NCBI RefSeq assembly: GCF_018350175.1
Contig: NC_058368.1
Location: 70,558,001-70,622,000, forward strand
DNA from: Felis catus
Taxonomy: Eukaryota
Reading direction: 5' to 3'
Length of the DNA stretch: 64,000 nt
Shown here: piece by piece, positions 51,101 through 63,282 of the stretch
Numbering within the stretch: position 1 is the first letter of the stretch
How the letters are laid out: every line of letters starts with the position of its first letter
Translations under genes and position numbers: made by a program
Notes under the pieces: generated by a model
What the model saw: the letters and a program-made list of their open reading frames with translations, nothing else
The model's database searches: none
Told to the model about the DNA's origin: nothing

Positions 51101-53037
51101 CAGCTGAGGGTGTATGCACCTTGAATCCAGAGGGAGCAAGTTCTCAGCCTAGATGAACCCAGGCCACTTTAAAGACAGCATGTGGCATACTTCTCAGCAC
51201 TTTTCCTTTTTAGCTTTGCTCTTTCACTTTTTGGTGCAATTTGATTTAAAAACCATTCTTGTAAGGTTGCTGTGCTGCCTTGTCAACCAAGCAATCTAAT
51301 CAGTTAGAGCTAGTTCTTTTATGACTTTTTTCTTTTATGAGTATGAAGTGTACAGCATCAGGTGTAGGATAAGTTACTAGGGCTTAGCTGATAAAAATCT
51401 GCAAATTAAATGAAAATTAGATGCAAGAACTCTATTTTCAAGTGAAATTAAAGCTAAGCTGTTGATGTCAATCTGTACCTCCTTGCAGAAACTGCTGTCA
51501 TGGTTTTGGTGTTCTTCTAGCTGATCACACTGACCTTTTTGACAAAATTCAGAAGACAAAGATAGGATCAAGCCAAATTCTAATCCCTTTCCAAGACTGA
51601 CTCATTAAGTGACCTCGAGAAAATCATTTCTATTTTCCATTCTGCCTTGTGTCTTCATGAGAAAGAAGAATGTGGGACAGTCTCATGATGACATACTCAG
51701 TATTTTGGAGAGAGAGAGAAGGTATCAGCAATCCTAGTCTTTTTTATAACTTTTTTCTTTTATCTCTTATCAATCACTTTTTCAGACCACAAATGAATTT
51801 AGAGATGAACCCTGAAGCAGACATAATGTTAAGCAGGGGCATATTAGAAAAATCATCCTCCTAATCATTTGACAAATTTTTCCTCCCCCAAGAAAGCCAT
51901 CCCCTTGGGTTTTTGAAACCAGAAAATGATTCTAGTCAGGAAGGATCCTTGGGGTACCCAGAAGTTTCTCAGGAAAAATCCTTCTGATCATCTTGAAAGG
52001 GCTTAAATTTCATGGAACCCACTCCAGGTTCAGACCCAGCAGCCTGATTCTGCGGGTGACAGATGTGGTTTTGTGAATAAAGTAGCAGGAGCCCAGGAAT
52101 TTCCAGAGTGGTGAGTAATGACTCTCATCTGAGATCATAACATAGATGAGTGATACTGAGATTTTTTTAAATCGTACTTTTTAAAATGATAGAGATTTAT
52201 GCACGCATTTATGGAGGCTGGATTCCCAGGGTGGAAGGACGCTGGGCAACAGGCATAGTTGGTGGCTCAAAGCATGGGCTCTGGGCTGGGAGCGATTCTC
52301 TGCATGGGCTTTCCTCACTCGGAGACTGTCCACGCTGCAGTTCTGGTAGGTGTGGTTGCTCAAGGAGCTCACAGTTCATTCCAGGCCCTTGATCAGTACG
52401 GTGACACTCGAGAGTAGTACAGGAGAGTATAAAATGGAGGCCCTTGACCAGTGTCTGTCTGCCCAGGAATCCCTCCTGCAGCAGCTCTGGCAGGTGGCCA
52501 ATGGGCTCACTTTGAGCGAGAACTGCTTGGCTTCAAGATATTCTTTAATATATTGATTAGGAAGAGGCAACTCATAATTAGTTTAAGGATCATTTAGTCC
52601 AGCTTCCCATTTTACAGATGAGGAAACTTAGACTCTATTATATTCTCTAAAATTGGCAACTTGACTGAGTTCTCTGGAAGTTGAGCAGAGAGAGAGAGAG
52701 AGAGAACAGTAAGGACTTGGATTGCCAACAAAGAGGCCAGTTACAGACACAAAACAAGGGCTGGGCACTGTACAGACTGCTGGGGGAGGATAGAGGGACC
52801 AGGGGAGGGCGTTTCAGGGACAGACACACTTTGAGTAGACATTGTCTCAAAGAACACTGAGTGGAGGGAACATGCAGGAGAGAGTAGGAAATAATTTAGG
52901 ATGGGTCTGGTTTTGGAGGACCTTCAAACGGACAGAATAGTTGAGATATGATACAGTAAGATTTTCAGTTGAAGCAGTGGCATTGTGAAAATAAGGAAGT
53001 TTCACCTGGTGTACCAATTGGAGGGGAGCAGCATTGA

Positions 53038-53552
53038 TGACAGTGATGTCACTCACCTGCCCGGGTGCATATTGGATGGGTCGAAGTTGGTGACAGTGAT
53101 GTCACTCACCTGCCAGGCTGTGTGTTTTGGATGGGGTAGCAGTTGGTGACAGTGATGTCATTTACCTGCCCGGCTGCACATATTGGACGGGGTCAAAGTT
53201 GGTGACAGTGATGTCACTCACCTGCCCAGCTGTGCGTTTTGGACGGGGTCGAAGTTGGTGACAGTGATGTCACTCACCTGCCCAGCTGTGCGTTTTGGAC
53301 GGGGTCAAAGTTGGTGACAGTGATGTCACTCACCTGCCCAGCTGTGCGTTTTGGACGGGGTCGAAGTTGGTGACAGTGATGTCACTCACCTGCCCAGCTG
53401 TGCATTTTGGACGGGGTCGAAGTTGGTGACAATGATGTCACTCACCTGCCAGGTCATGTGTTTTGGATGGGGTCAAAGTTGGTGACAGTGATGTCACCCA
53501 CCTGCCCAGCTGTGTGTTTTGGATGGGGTCAAAGTTGGTGACAGTGATGTCA
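53038..53552. repeat. 56-bp minisatellite, about 9.25 copies
   Basis: Units start at 53038, 53091, 53147, 53203, 53259, 53315, 53371, 53427, 53483 and 53539 (partial); the first unit is 53 bp. Consensus tgacagtgatgtcactcacctgcccagctgtgcgttttggacggggtc(g/a)aagttgg. Confidence 0.97.
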
Positions 53553-55306
53553 TCCAAGAGGCTGTTGGCTTAATCTCAGTGGAACAACAAGGATTTAAAA
53601 GTGGCAGATCCCCTCTGAAGGAAAATTCAGCATACTTGAGAACTGGCTGGATTTTCTGTACAAAGAAGAGAGTTGGGTCCAAGAGTCACCAGGCTTTCAG
53701 GATGCGACGCTAACATTAGGAGGGACAGTTGCCGCCCGCCCTGGCTCACAGCTCGTTGAAGGACAGGCAGGGGAGCGAGAGGTGATCACTGAAGACATGA
53801 AAATGGATGTCTTCTCTGTGGAGGTAAATGTAGAAAGAGGGGAAATCTTGAGTAACACCCAATCTCACTTTTAATAATGAGTTTCACCTCTTCTATCAAA
53901 ATACTTACGGTAACAAGCACCAGCACTAATTTTAATTTTGACTTTTACTTAATTTTTGTTGAGAGCTTAAGTGAAGGATTAAAAATAATGACCAGAACTT
54001 CTGCAGACAAAGAAGGGGGAAAACAAGAGCTAGAATGCAGAGGTGAGTAATTTCCATACCGAAAGATGCTTTTAGTCCTGTGTTCAAGGAAGCCTCACTG
54101 AAGTCCTTGCCCTGTGCGGCCCTTACCGTAACTTGTGCTTGGTGCTCTCAAGCATGTAAATAAAACTAAGAGAAAACTCGTACAACGAGAGCTAGATGTC
54201 CTCTTCCTGCGCCAGATGTGCCCGGGGTGTGAGGGGGAACGTGTTGTCTCCCTCATACCGCCCTCACCACTGCCTCCTCCTCCCAGCCCAGGTGGAGCGT
54301 TCTCATGCTCTGCCAAAATCAGAACCCCCACCCCGCAGAAAGCTGGGGACAGCTCTGATCCTGGCTTTCCCTGGAGGAAAAGGTGTCCATCCGAAGAGAG
54401 GGGTCGGCACACCAGCCTTCGGAAATGACGCCGGGCTGAGCACTCCCAGGCCACACCGGACCCTTGCCGTGGAGGGCAGGCAGCAGGGCGGACGGCCGAG
54501 CCGAATTCGGATTCTGCTGTTCTGCTTCCCAAGTCCTCCCCCTGCCCCAATCGGGAGCCTTGCTTTGTGGCAGCAGAGGGAGAATACGTCTCTTGAGTTT
54601 GCAGCTAAAGTTGAAACTAACTGTTGTTAAAACTGTACCCGTGTCTCAGGACAAGTAAGAGTGGCTGGGGTGGGAGCCCGGGGCCTCCTGAGAGAAATAT
54701 CACTGTGTGGAACACACGAGACCTGGGGCGCATGTCTGGTGGCTCCGCGGCTCGTGCCCCAGGGACGTTGCTCCTTGCAGCCCTTCCTGATGGCAGCCCC
54801 TCCCCTCACTGGGGAAGTGCCCTTCCCCTCACTGACACCCAGGCCGACACCCCTGGGCCTGCCACCCCCCCCCCCCCGACCCGAGAACGTGGCGGGCAGT
54901 GAGGCCGGGGCAAGAACAGAAGGGGAGATGGGCAGAAAGGAGCGTACCTCAGGAACTTCTGCCTTCCGAGCCAGAGGCTCTGGAAACTGAGCAGAACGAT
55001 GTGTTTTGTCTCCTGATCTTACTAGTGTGGAAAGTGCTCTCTGTTTTGCTGAGAAGAGTGGTATGAAATGAAGTATCTGAGCCCCCAAAACTGGTCAATA
55101 GCATAAACCACAAAGAAAAAGGAAAACCAAGAGCTGTGAAACTAGCCTGGGATTTTGTGCAAGTTTTCATCAAGTGTCTCTCCCTCCAGCTTGTTATTTT
55201 TCCCAACACCTGCTAAGACTGCTTGCTGCTGGACAGCATGGGAAGACACTAACACACTGTGGGCAGACGCAGGGGGGTGACACCGTAACACAATGTGGAC
55301 AGGCTC

Positions 55307-55494
55307 AGGGGTGTAGCACTTCGGTTAAGCATCCACCTTCAGCTCAGGGCTCATGAGTTCAAGCGCCACATCGGGCTCTGTGCTGACAGCTCAGAGTCCG
55401 GAGCCTGCTTTGAATTCTCTGTCTCGCTCTGTCTCTGCCCTTCCCCCGCTCACTCTCTGTCTCTGTCTCTCTCAAAAATATTTTTTTAAAAAAA
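55307..55494 (+). mobile_element. SINEC with atypical or deleted head
   Basis: cggttaagcatcc...gggctctgtgctgacagctcagag...CT linker. Confidence 0.85.
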
Positions 55495-56054
55495 GGCCAA
55501 AGTAACATGTAACAGAATTGAATGCAGGAGCCAATACGAGATTCCAACTATCTTCTGTTAGGTCCGACCTTTAAAAGATTCGCAGCAAAAGAAAACAGTG
55601 GCTTTCTTTTTGTGAATTGATTTCTTTTTTCATGTCCCTAAAGAATGTATCAGCCCTCATAGAAAACAGGTTTTGGAACACATTGTTATTTTTTATAAAA
55701 ATACATTATCTTAGCAAGTGATAAGTTTGTGATTGTTATTAATGAGTTAGTAAATATTTTAAGACTGATGAAAAGGCAACGGGGAACCATTGAAGGGTTT
55801 TTAAGTAGAAGAGTGACATGATGAGATTTGTATCTTAGGAAACTACTGTTGATGCAAGTGTGAAATAAGGCAGCGAAAGTGGGGTGGAGAGAAATGAATG
55901 GAGTCAAAGACACTGAGGAGTTACAGTTGACAGAGCCTAGTGGTCTGCCTTCTGCAAGTGGGTGGGGGTGGGTATTGACGTCATTCCCCAGGATTGGGGA
56001 CACAGGCAGAGGGGTGGGATTGAAGGTGAGTGTTATTTGGGACATGTGTCATTT

Positions 56055-56262
56055 AAAAGTTTTTTTTAATGTTTATTTTAATTTGAGAGAGAGAGGGTAT
56101 GAGCGGGGGAGGGGCGGAGAGAGAGAGATACAGAATCCGAAGCAGGCTCCGGGCTCTGAGCTGTCAGCACAGAGACCGATGTGGGGCTCGAGCCCACGAA
56201 CCGTGAGGTCATGACCTGAGCTGAAGTCAGAGGCTTACCCGGCTGAACCACCCGGGCGTCCC
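56055..56262 (-). mobile_element. SINEC inserted in an L2 fragment (about 55770-56500)
   Basis: TSD-like gggacatgtgtcattt / gggacgtgtcattt. Confidence 0.9.
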
Positions 56263-56644
56263 AAGGGACGTGTCATTTTAGATGTCTCTGAAACATCTGA
56301 GTGGAAGTGTCCAGGCAACAGTTGGGTATGTGGCTGTGGGGTACACTAAAGCCCTAGGAATGCACAAGCACCTAGGGACAGAACGTGGAAAGAGAAGTAA
56401 TCCTAAACAGAACCTTAAGGGACACTTGTATTTAAAGGATATAAGCAGGAGAAGATGGCTCGGAGAGAAGAGAGAAGGCCTGACTAGAGAGCTAGAAAGC
56501 CCAAGAAAGTGGGGTGCCACAGGAGCCGAGGAGGGAATGGCTGTAGGGTTCAGTCCCTCTGGGGTTTCCGGCAGGAAGCAGAAGTGGCTCCGTTGGGTCA
56601 AGCAAAGGGTGTAACTGGTACCCTGCAAGAAAAAGGAAAAAACT

Positions 56645-56869
56645 GGGGCGCCTGGGTGGCGCAGTCGGTTAAGCGTCCGACTTCAGCCAGGTCACGATCT
56701 CGCAGTCTGTGAGTTCGAGCCCCGCGTCAGGCTCTGGGCTGATGGCTCAGAGCCTGGAGCCTGTTTCCGATTCTGTGTCTCCCTCTCTCTCTGCCCCTCC
56801 CCCGTTCATGCTGTGTCTCTCTCTGTCCCAAAAATAAATAAACGTTGAAAAATTTAGAAAAAAAAAAAA
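56645..56869 (+). mobile_element. Very young SINEC_Fc
   Basis: Identical 18-bp TSD aagaaaaaggaaaaaact (56627-56644, 56870-56887); CpG-rich body. Confidence 0.96.
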
Positions 56870-57529
56870 AAGAAAAAGGAAAAAACTAATGGATAGAAGA
56901 CCAGACTGAGCTTCTAAAAAGCAGGGTGTTGTCTTCTCTCTCTGGCCTCTTTGCCTAAGGTACTAGCAGGTACGTTAGCAGACACTAGTCAGTTCTGTTG
57001 ATTTTACCTTCACTGGTGCTACTAAAACAGACTGGTCTTTTCTGTCCTTGAACCTCACGGTAGGTCATCCCCGTTGTAAATTGCTCACATTAAATGAATA
57101 GGTGTTTCCTGAGCATCTGTGGTAGAACTTCCCAGCCACTGGGTTATGGTCACAGATGGGCTGAGATATTGATCCCCTCCGCCCACAGGGCAGCTGGTGG
57201 CAAGCAGCTTTGGCTGTCTGTCCTGTGTGTCATGCAGATCGATCTCTGTGTGCCATGGAAAGTCTCGGTCTGTAACAGGGTTAGTAATTCCTTGTATGGG
57301 TGCCGCCTCACCTGTCTGCCTGAGGCAGACGTCACCTCACAGTGTCATCACTCTCTCTGCTGAACCCACACCCTCCCTCTGAATCTTCCTGACACCGGTC
57401 CCCAGGCAGCTACAGACAGCACAGTAGAGAGAGGTGGTCCTGCTGCCTGTTTTACTCTTCAAAATCTGGCACACCAGTAAAGCCTTTCAGATCACCAAAG
57501 GATGCATTTTTTTTTCCCAGTGACCAACC

Positions 57530-57699
57530 TTTTTTTATTTTTCTTTTCTGAGAGAGAAGGTATGCCCTCACACATAGTGGGGGAAGGGCAGAAGGAAAGA
57601 GGGAGCCCTACGTGGGGCTCCATCTCACGACTGTGAGATCGTGACCCGAGCCGAAATCACAAATGAGACACTTAACCAACTGAGCCACCAAGGCGCCCC
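57530..57699 (-). mobile_element. SINEC (internally deleted)
   Basis: TSD ccagtgacca on both flanks. Confidence 0.85.
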
Positions 57700-57994
57700 A
57701 TCCAGTGACCAGCCTTTTTAAAATAAGATGATGATGCTTCTGGAAAGAATTTTAATTGTTCTAAACCATCACACTGACAGTGTCCACTCTGTAATTGGTC
57801 TTCATTTTGCTCTTTGACAAAACACCTCCTTGGCTGGAGAATTGAGTTTAGGCTGCACTGAGCCTAGAGCTGTGCCAGCCACCTAGGAAGGTCGTAGGGA
57901 GTTCCATTCTTACCCCATTGCAACCCTGTAGGATCCCACAGTCGAGTTGGGAAGACCAGAAGTAACACTGTAAGACATAATGCAAATATTAGAT

Positions 57995-58240
57995 GGTAGT
58001 AATAGCCAATATATAATAAACTTTTAGAAGTTCTCAGACTGTGTTTTAAATGCTTTACTTGTATTAACTCATTTATTTTTTATAATATCATTATGAGATA
58101 AGTGCAGGTATTATTTCCATCTTACAGATGTGAAAACTGAGGCTCAGAGAAATTTTGTTTTAAACTAAGGCCTAAGGTAAGTGGCAGAGCTGGGATTTAA
58201 ACCCAGGTAATTTGGCTTTAGAGACCACTCTCAGTCACTC
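57995..58240 (-). mobile_element. MIR
   Basis: ccatcttacagatgtgaaaactgaggctcagaga...gtaagtggcagagctgggatttaaacccagg. Confidence 0.8.
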
Positions 58241-59235
58241 AGCTTCCTCTGCCTTTTTGCTCCTCTGTCATGACTCCTTAGCACCGCTTTGCCCCTTGAA
58301 GTAGGTGTAAACCTATGCTCAGCACCCTGTTTTTGAACAGGTTGACAGTGGTTCTCCTCTCCATTGTTGAGATCATCCTCATCCTTTAAAATTCAACTGA
58401 GCCCCCATCCTCTTTGAAGTTTGACCCCCGTGCTTCACCCTGCACCTTCCGAGCCCTTTAGCTGATGCCACCAGCTTCCTTCTTAATTATATACCACCTT
58501 GCCTCCTGATTTTTCCCATTTCTGCATGTCTTGCCCTCCCCTGAGGAGGGCATGGGCCCCACATGCACCTGGCTCGTGCCTTCCCTTGGGAGCTGCCCAC
58601 AGAAAGCCACTAGTGTGCTCCTCCAACCCAGCTTCTCAGTGTAGACGCTTCTCAGTATACACACCACCTGATCATCCCATCCTGAAACCTGCCAAAGCCT
58701 TTAGAGGTGCGGTTCTATTCCATGTGATGTCCACTTAATAAAACGTTACAAACTTTACTGTTCTCGACTGGAAAGTTAGTCTTTTTTTTTTTTTACAAGA
58801 AATTTTATTTTATTTGAAAATCTCCTTACCAACTAATAACAGATATTTCATAAAACGGTTGTTCAAAATGCAAGCTGTTTCCTTTTTCCTCTTTTAAATA
58901 TGTGGTTATTGCTTTTGAAGAAGACAAAGTGAAGGAAATGTTTCCTGTTTGTAGAAGCTCATAGTTAACCTGCATCGAGAGCAGATTAGTGTCAAAACAT
59001 CCTAGAGCCTAGAGCTCCTGTAACTTTCTGCTTTTTAAGCACTTTTTCACCATCACAGGAGCAGAGGGATTAGGGTTCAGTTTTGCCTTGCTGCTCTTCC
59101 ATTGTCACTCCCTTTGAAGAAATAAAACGTTGCAGTTTCAACCAAAGGTTCATTGCCCTTCCCGCTGTCCTGCAGCCGGCAGGTGGTGTCTAAGGCCTGT
59201 GCCTGCTTGTGTCTATAGCACGTTTTTGTGGTAGA

Positions 59236-59440
59236 CTACCTCAACCTAGACACTATGGGCATTTTGGTCCAGACCATTCTTTGTGGTGGAGTCTGTCCTG
59301 AGCATTATAGGACGTCCCTGCAGCATCCCTGCTCGCTACACACAGCAGCACTACCATCTTGTCCCCCGCCTCCCAGCCCCTACCAGAAATGCCCCTAAGA
59401 CATTTCCACATACTGCCTGGGGAGCAAAATCACCACTGGT
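59236..59440. mobile_element. MER20-like hAT-Charlie relic
   Basis: ctcaacct...cattttggtccagaccattctttgtggtgg...ggggagcaaaatcaccactggt. Confidence 0.7.
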
Positions 59441-59477
59441 ATATATCCACAAAATAGTTTAAATAGTATACTGTTCT

Positions 59478-59692
59478 GGGGTGCCTGGGTGGCTCAGTCG
59501 GTTGAGCGTCCGACTTCGGCTCAGGTCATGATCTCGCGGTCTGTGAGTTCCAGCGCCGCGTGGGGCTCTGTGCTGACCGCTCAGAGCCTGAGCCTGTTTC
59601 AGATTCTGTGTCTCCCTCTCTCTCTGACCCTCCCCCATTCATGCTCTGTCTCTCTCTGTCTCAGAAATAAATAAACATACAATTTTTTTTAA
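59478..59692 (+). mobile_element. SINEC
   Basis: Full-length body. Confidence 0.92.
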
Positions 59693-59819
59693 ATGTGAAT
59701 ATAAGTGGATCTACACAGCTCAAATCCATGTTCAAGGCTTAGCTGTACATTATTCATTTCTCTCTTGAGTCATTTATTTTTTTCTCATTGATTCTTTATA
59801 TATCCTGGTTATTGGTTGT

Positions 59820-59845
59820 TATAGATATAGATACACACATCTGTG

Positions 59846-59905
<60 letters not shown>

Positions 59906-61190
59906 TCCACATCTTCTTTATCTTTTCATCTATCAGTGGACACTGGGCTGCTTCCATAATTTAGCTATTATAAATAATGCTGCTATAAACATAGAAGTTC
60001 ATGTATCCCTTTGAGTTAGTGATTTTGTATTTTTTGGGTAAATACCCAGTAGTGCAATTACTGGATCGTAAAGTAGTTCTATTTTTAACTTTGAGGAACC
60101 TCCATACTATTTTGCACAGTGGTTGTACCAATTTGTAGTACACGAGGGTTCCTTTTTCTCCACATCCTTACCAACACTTGTTTCTTGTGTTTTTGATTTC
60201 AGCCATTCTGACAGGTGTGAGGTGATATCTCACTGTAGTTTTGATTTGCATATCCCTGGTGATGAGTAATGCTGAACATCTTTTCATGTGTCTATTGATC
60301 ATCTGTATGTTTTCCTTGGAGAAGTTTCTCTTCATGCCTTGTGCCCATTTTTTAATTGTCTTTTGGGTGTTGGGTTGTATTAGTTCTTAATACTACCCCT
60401 TTATTGGATATGTCATTTGTAAATATTTTCTCCCATTCAGTTGGTTGCCTTTTAGTTTTGTTGATTGTTTTCTTCGTTGTGCAGAAGGTTGTTTTTGATA
60501 TAGTCCCAACAGTTTATTTTTGCTTTTATTTCCCTTGCCTCAGGAGACATACCTAGAAAAATGTTGCTGCAGCCAGTGTCAGAGAAATTACTGCCTATGT
60601 TCTCTTCTAGGATTTTTATGATTTCAAGTCTCACATTCAGGTCTTTAATCCATTTTGAGTTTATTTTTGTGTATGGAGTAAGAAAATGGTCCAGTTTCAT
60701 TCTTTTGCATGTAGCTGAACGATTTTCCCAGCACCATTTGTTGAAGAGACTGCCTTTTTCCCATCATATATTCTTAACTCCTTTTCCAAAGATTAATTGA
60801 CTGTATAACTCTGGGTTCATTTCTGGGCTTTCTGTTCTGTTCCGTTGATCTATGTGTCCATTTTTGTGCTGGTACTATACTGTTTTGATTACTACAGCTT
60901 TGTAATAGCACTTGAAGTATGAAATTGTGATGCCTCCAGTTTTGTTCGGTTTTGTTTTGTTTTGTTTTGTTTTTCAAGATTGCTTTGACTATTTGGGGTC
61001 TTTCATGGTTCCATACAAATTTTAGGATTGTTTGGTCTAGTTCTGTGAAAAATGCCATTGGTAGTTTGATAGGGATTGCATTAAATATGTAGATTGCTAT
61101 GGGTAGTATAGACATGTTAACAATATTTGTTCTTCCAATCTATGAGCATAGAATGCCTTTCCATTTATTGGTATAATCTAAATCTTTAAG
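59820..61190 (-). mobile_element. Carnivore L1 ORF2 3' fragment with (CA)n at about 59848-59905
   Basis: Minus ORFs [50 protein letters not shown] and KLVQPLCKIVWRFLK are classic L1 ORF2 segments, here frameshifted. Confidence 0.92.
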
Positions 61191-62149
61191 TTTATTTTTT
61201 CAATAAACTTATTTTTGTATATGGTATGAAGTAAAGTCTAATTTTATCTTTTTCCATGTAGCCATGTGTCCCATTGCTGTTTATTAAATGATGTGTCCTC
61301 TTCCTGCTGACTTGTAATGTCTCCTTTATCATAGACCAAGTGCCAGTGCTTTTGATTCCTAGACACTAAGGATCTAATCCTTCTATTTATTTTACACACT
61401 GAGCCTTGCTTATGATGGGTTTTTTCCTCGTGGGTTTTGAATTTGGAATTCTAGGTATTTCCCAACTGGAGTTTTAGCTATAAATCCCATGTAATCCCAG
61501 GGTAAGAGAGTGGCCCTCTAGAGTAATTTTACATTTGCTTTTGCTTGGCTCCTTAGATATATCCCAACTCTATCCCGGAACCAATTCTTGTGTCAGGTTT
61601 TGATGGGTTTTTAAAACACATTTTTCATGTAACTTCAACCTCAGATTTCTCATTTCTTATTTCTTAATTCTCAGGCAGGCCAAGATTACTGCCCTCTCCC
61701 TCAGAGAGACTACCTTTCGGGTTTGTTTTTTCTCATCTTCTCTTTCACTGAGGGTGTTGTTGCCATTTGAGGGTTGTGCCTCTACCTAGGTAATAAGCTC
61801 AGAGTCACTACCTCTTTCATACTCGAGGTCTCAGCACCTGAACCCAAATAGATGATGAAACCCAAGTGGTTCTAGGTTAGCAGGATGTGCTCGCCCATGC
61901 AGCCCCACCCCTGGCAGCTTGCTTGCTTACTGTTCTGGTTTGCCAGCACTTGTTTTGGGGATGTTGGGGCCTCCATTTGTTCCTTCTGTGTTCAGCTATG
62001 CATGTGAAATATTCTTTTATTTTGTCTAGCATTTTTAGATGTTCATAGTGGGAAAATTTTCATGTTGTCTTAGTCTGTAATTTTTCCTAAATCTGGAAAT
62101 AGAGAAGATACAAATTGATAAAATATTGGCAGATAGCTAAAAACATGGG

Positions 62150-62200
62150 TTTTTATTTTATTTTATTTTATTTTATTTTATTTTATTTTATTTTATTTTA
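62150..62200. repeat. (TTTTA)n microsatellite
   Basis: Directly visible. Confidence 0.95.
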
Positions 62201-62364
62201 CTATAACGGTGTGATGCTGTAGGGTTTGGACGGCTTGCATTCAGCAGACCAGTCTTTTATTTCCCAGTCTCTACATGTGACCTCATGGTAAGAAAAGGCA
62301 CTTGCAAGCATTAATAAGATGGTTCTCTTCTGTGTCTGATGATTGCGTATTGGTCTCTTTTTAG

Positions 62365-62487
62365 GGAGGAATGATCAATTGGAATCGTCTTTTCCCTCCT
62401 TTACGTCAGCGACGAAATGTAAACTATCAGGACGATCGGCGGTCTGAACAACAAGCATCTCCTCCTCTAGAGGTTTCTGAGGAACAG
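62365..62487 (+). CDS. UBAC2: UBAC2 coding exon (exon 8 equivalent): GGMINWNRLFPPLRQRRNVNYQDDRRSEQQASPPLEVSEEQ, leading into the UBA domain
   Basis: Acceptor tctctttttag|, donor cag|gtaatc. Length 123 nt, phase 0-0. Peptide recognised as UBAC2. The final UBA exon is not in the window. Confidence 0.95.
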
Positions 62488-62569
62488 GTAATCAGTAACA
62501 CTGGTACTTACCCTAAACCTGTGTTTCAAATTTAAAAAGAGTTTAGGTGAACAAGACTTGAAAGAAATC

Positions 62570-63251
62570 AAGCATATGAATGCAAAGATTTTGAGAACAG
62601 TTAAACCACTGCTAACAGTGATGACACTTGGGCCTTTATTAGCTACTGAGGGTCTTGTAAGTTTGAGGAAGGCATAATTTGAAAAAAAAAATGCATTGTG
62701 ATCACTTATTTTGAAATCTATAATACTTTATATATATAAGAAACTACTGAGGTTTGTTCTCCGTAAGGGGTAGGAGACAACAGGACTGGAGGACAGGAGG
62801 GGTGGTGCTTCTCTGAGAGAACCTTTTGTATGGTTTTGACTTAGGAATCAGGTTAATGTTTCACAATGTTTCACAGAAAGCAATTCAACAATAGGGAGTG
62901 CTGTAAAACTAAAAAGAAACAAATAAAAGATCCAACTGTATTTTAAATGAATAACATAGGAGAGAGGGAAAAATTAATTTTGTAACTTTTGAACATAACA
63001 TGGCCCTCATTCTAAAGAAAAAAAAAGGATTGCAAAGAAATCTTAAGCTCTTCTTAGGTTTATTTTCACAGGAGTATGAGTATAGCAATTCTGAAATTAT
63101 GTTGGTTGTATTATAGATTTAAGCAGATGAGGAAATAGGTTGATCTTACTGTAGAAGAAGGATAATACAAATACAGAAAAGGGAGAGCAAGGAAGAACCC
63201 TGTAGGGTAGGATTGGAATTAGAGGTATCAGCATAAACTCGTGATTTAGTA

Positions 63252-63282
<31 letters not shown>

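Noticed and set aside
53038..53552. CRISPR-like array of regularly spaced palindromic repeats
   Set aside because: The inter-palindrome segments are near-identical rather than unique spacers, there are no cas genes, and the context is a mammalian intron. It is a minisatellite.
54095..55088. ORFs of 97-153 aa on both strands
   Set aside because: Pro/Gly/Arg-rich translations expected from GC-rich non-coding DNA; no domain or convincing exon chain.
59961..61115. Minus-strand ORFs
   Set aside because: Fragmented L1 ORF2; not an intact or active element.
40784..62364. Ortholog of the intronic MIR623 annotated in human UBAC2
   Set aside because: I could not identify a matching hairpin by eye, and that annotation is, as I recall, primate-restricted.
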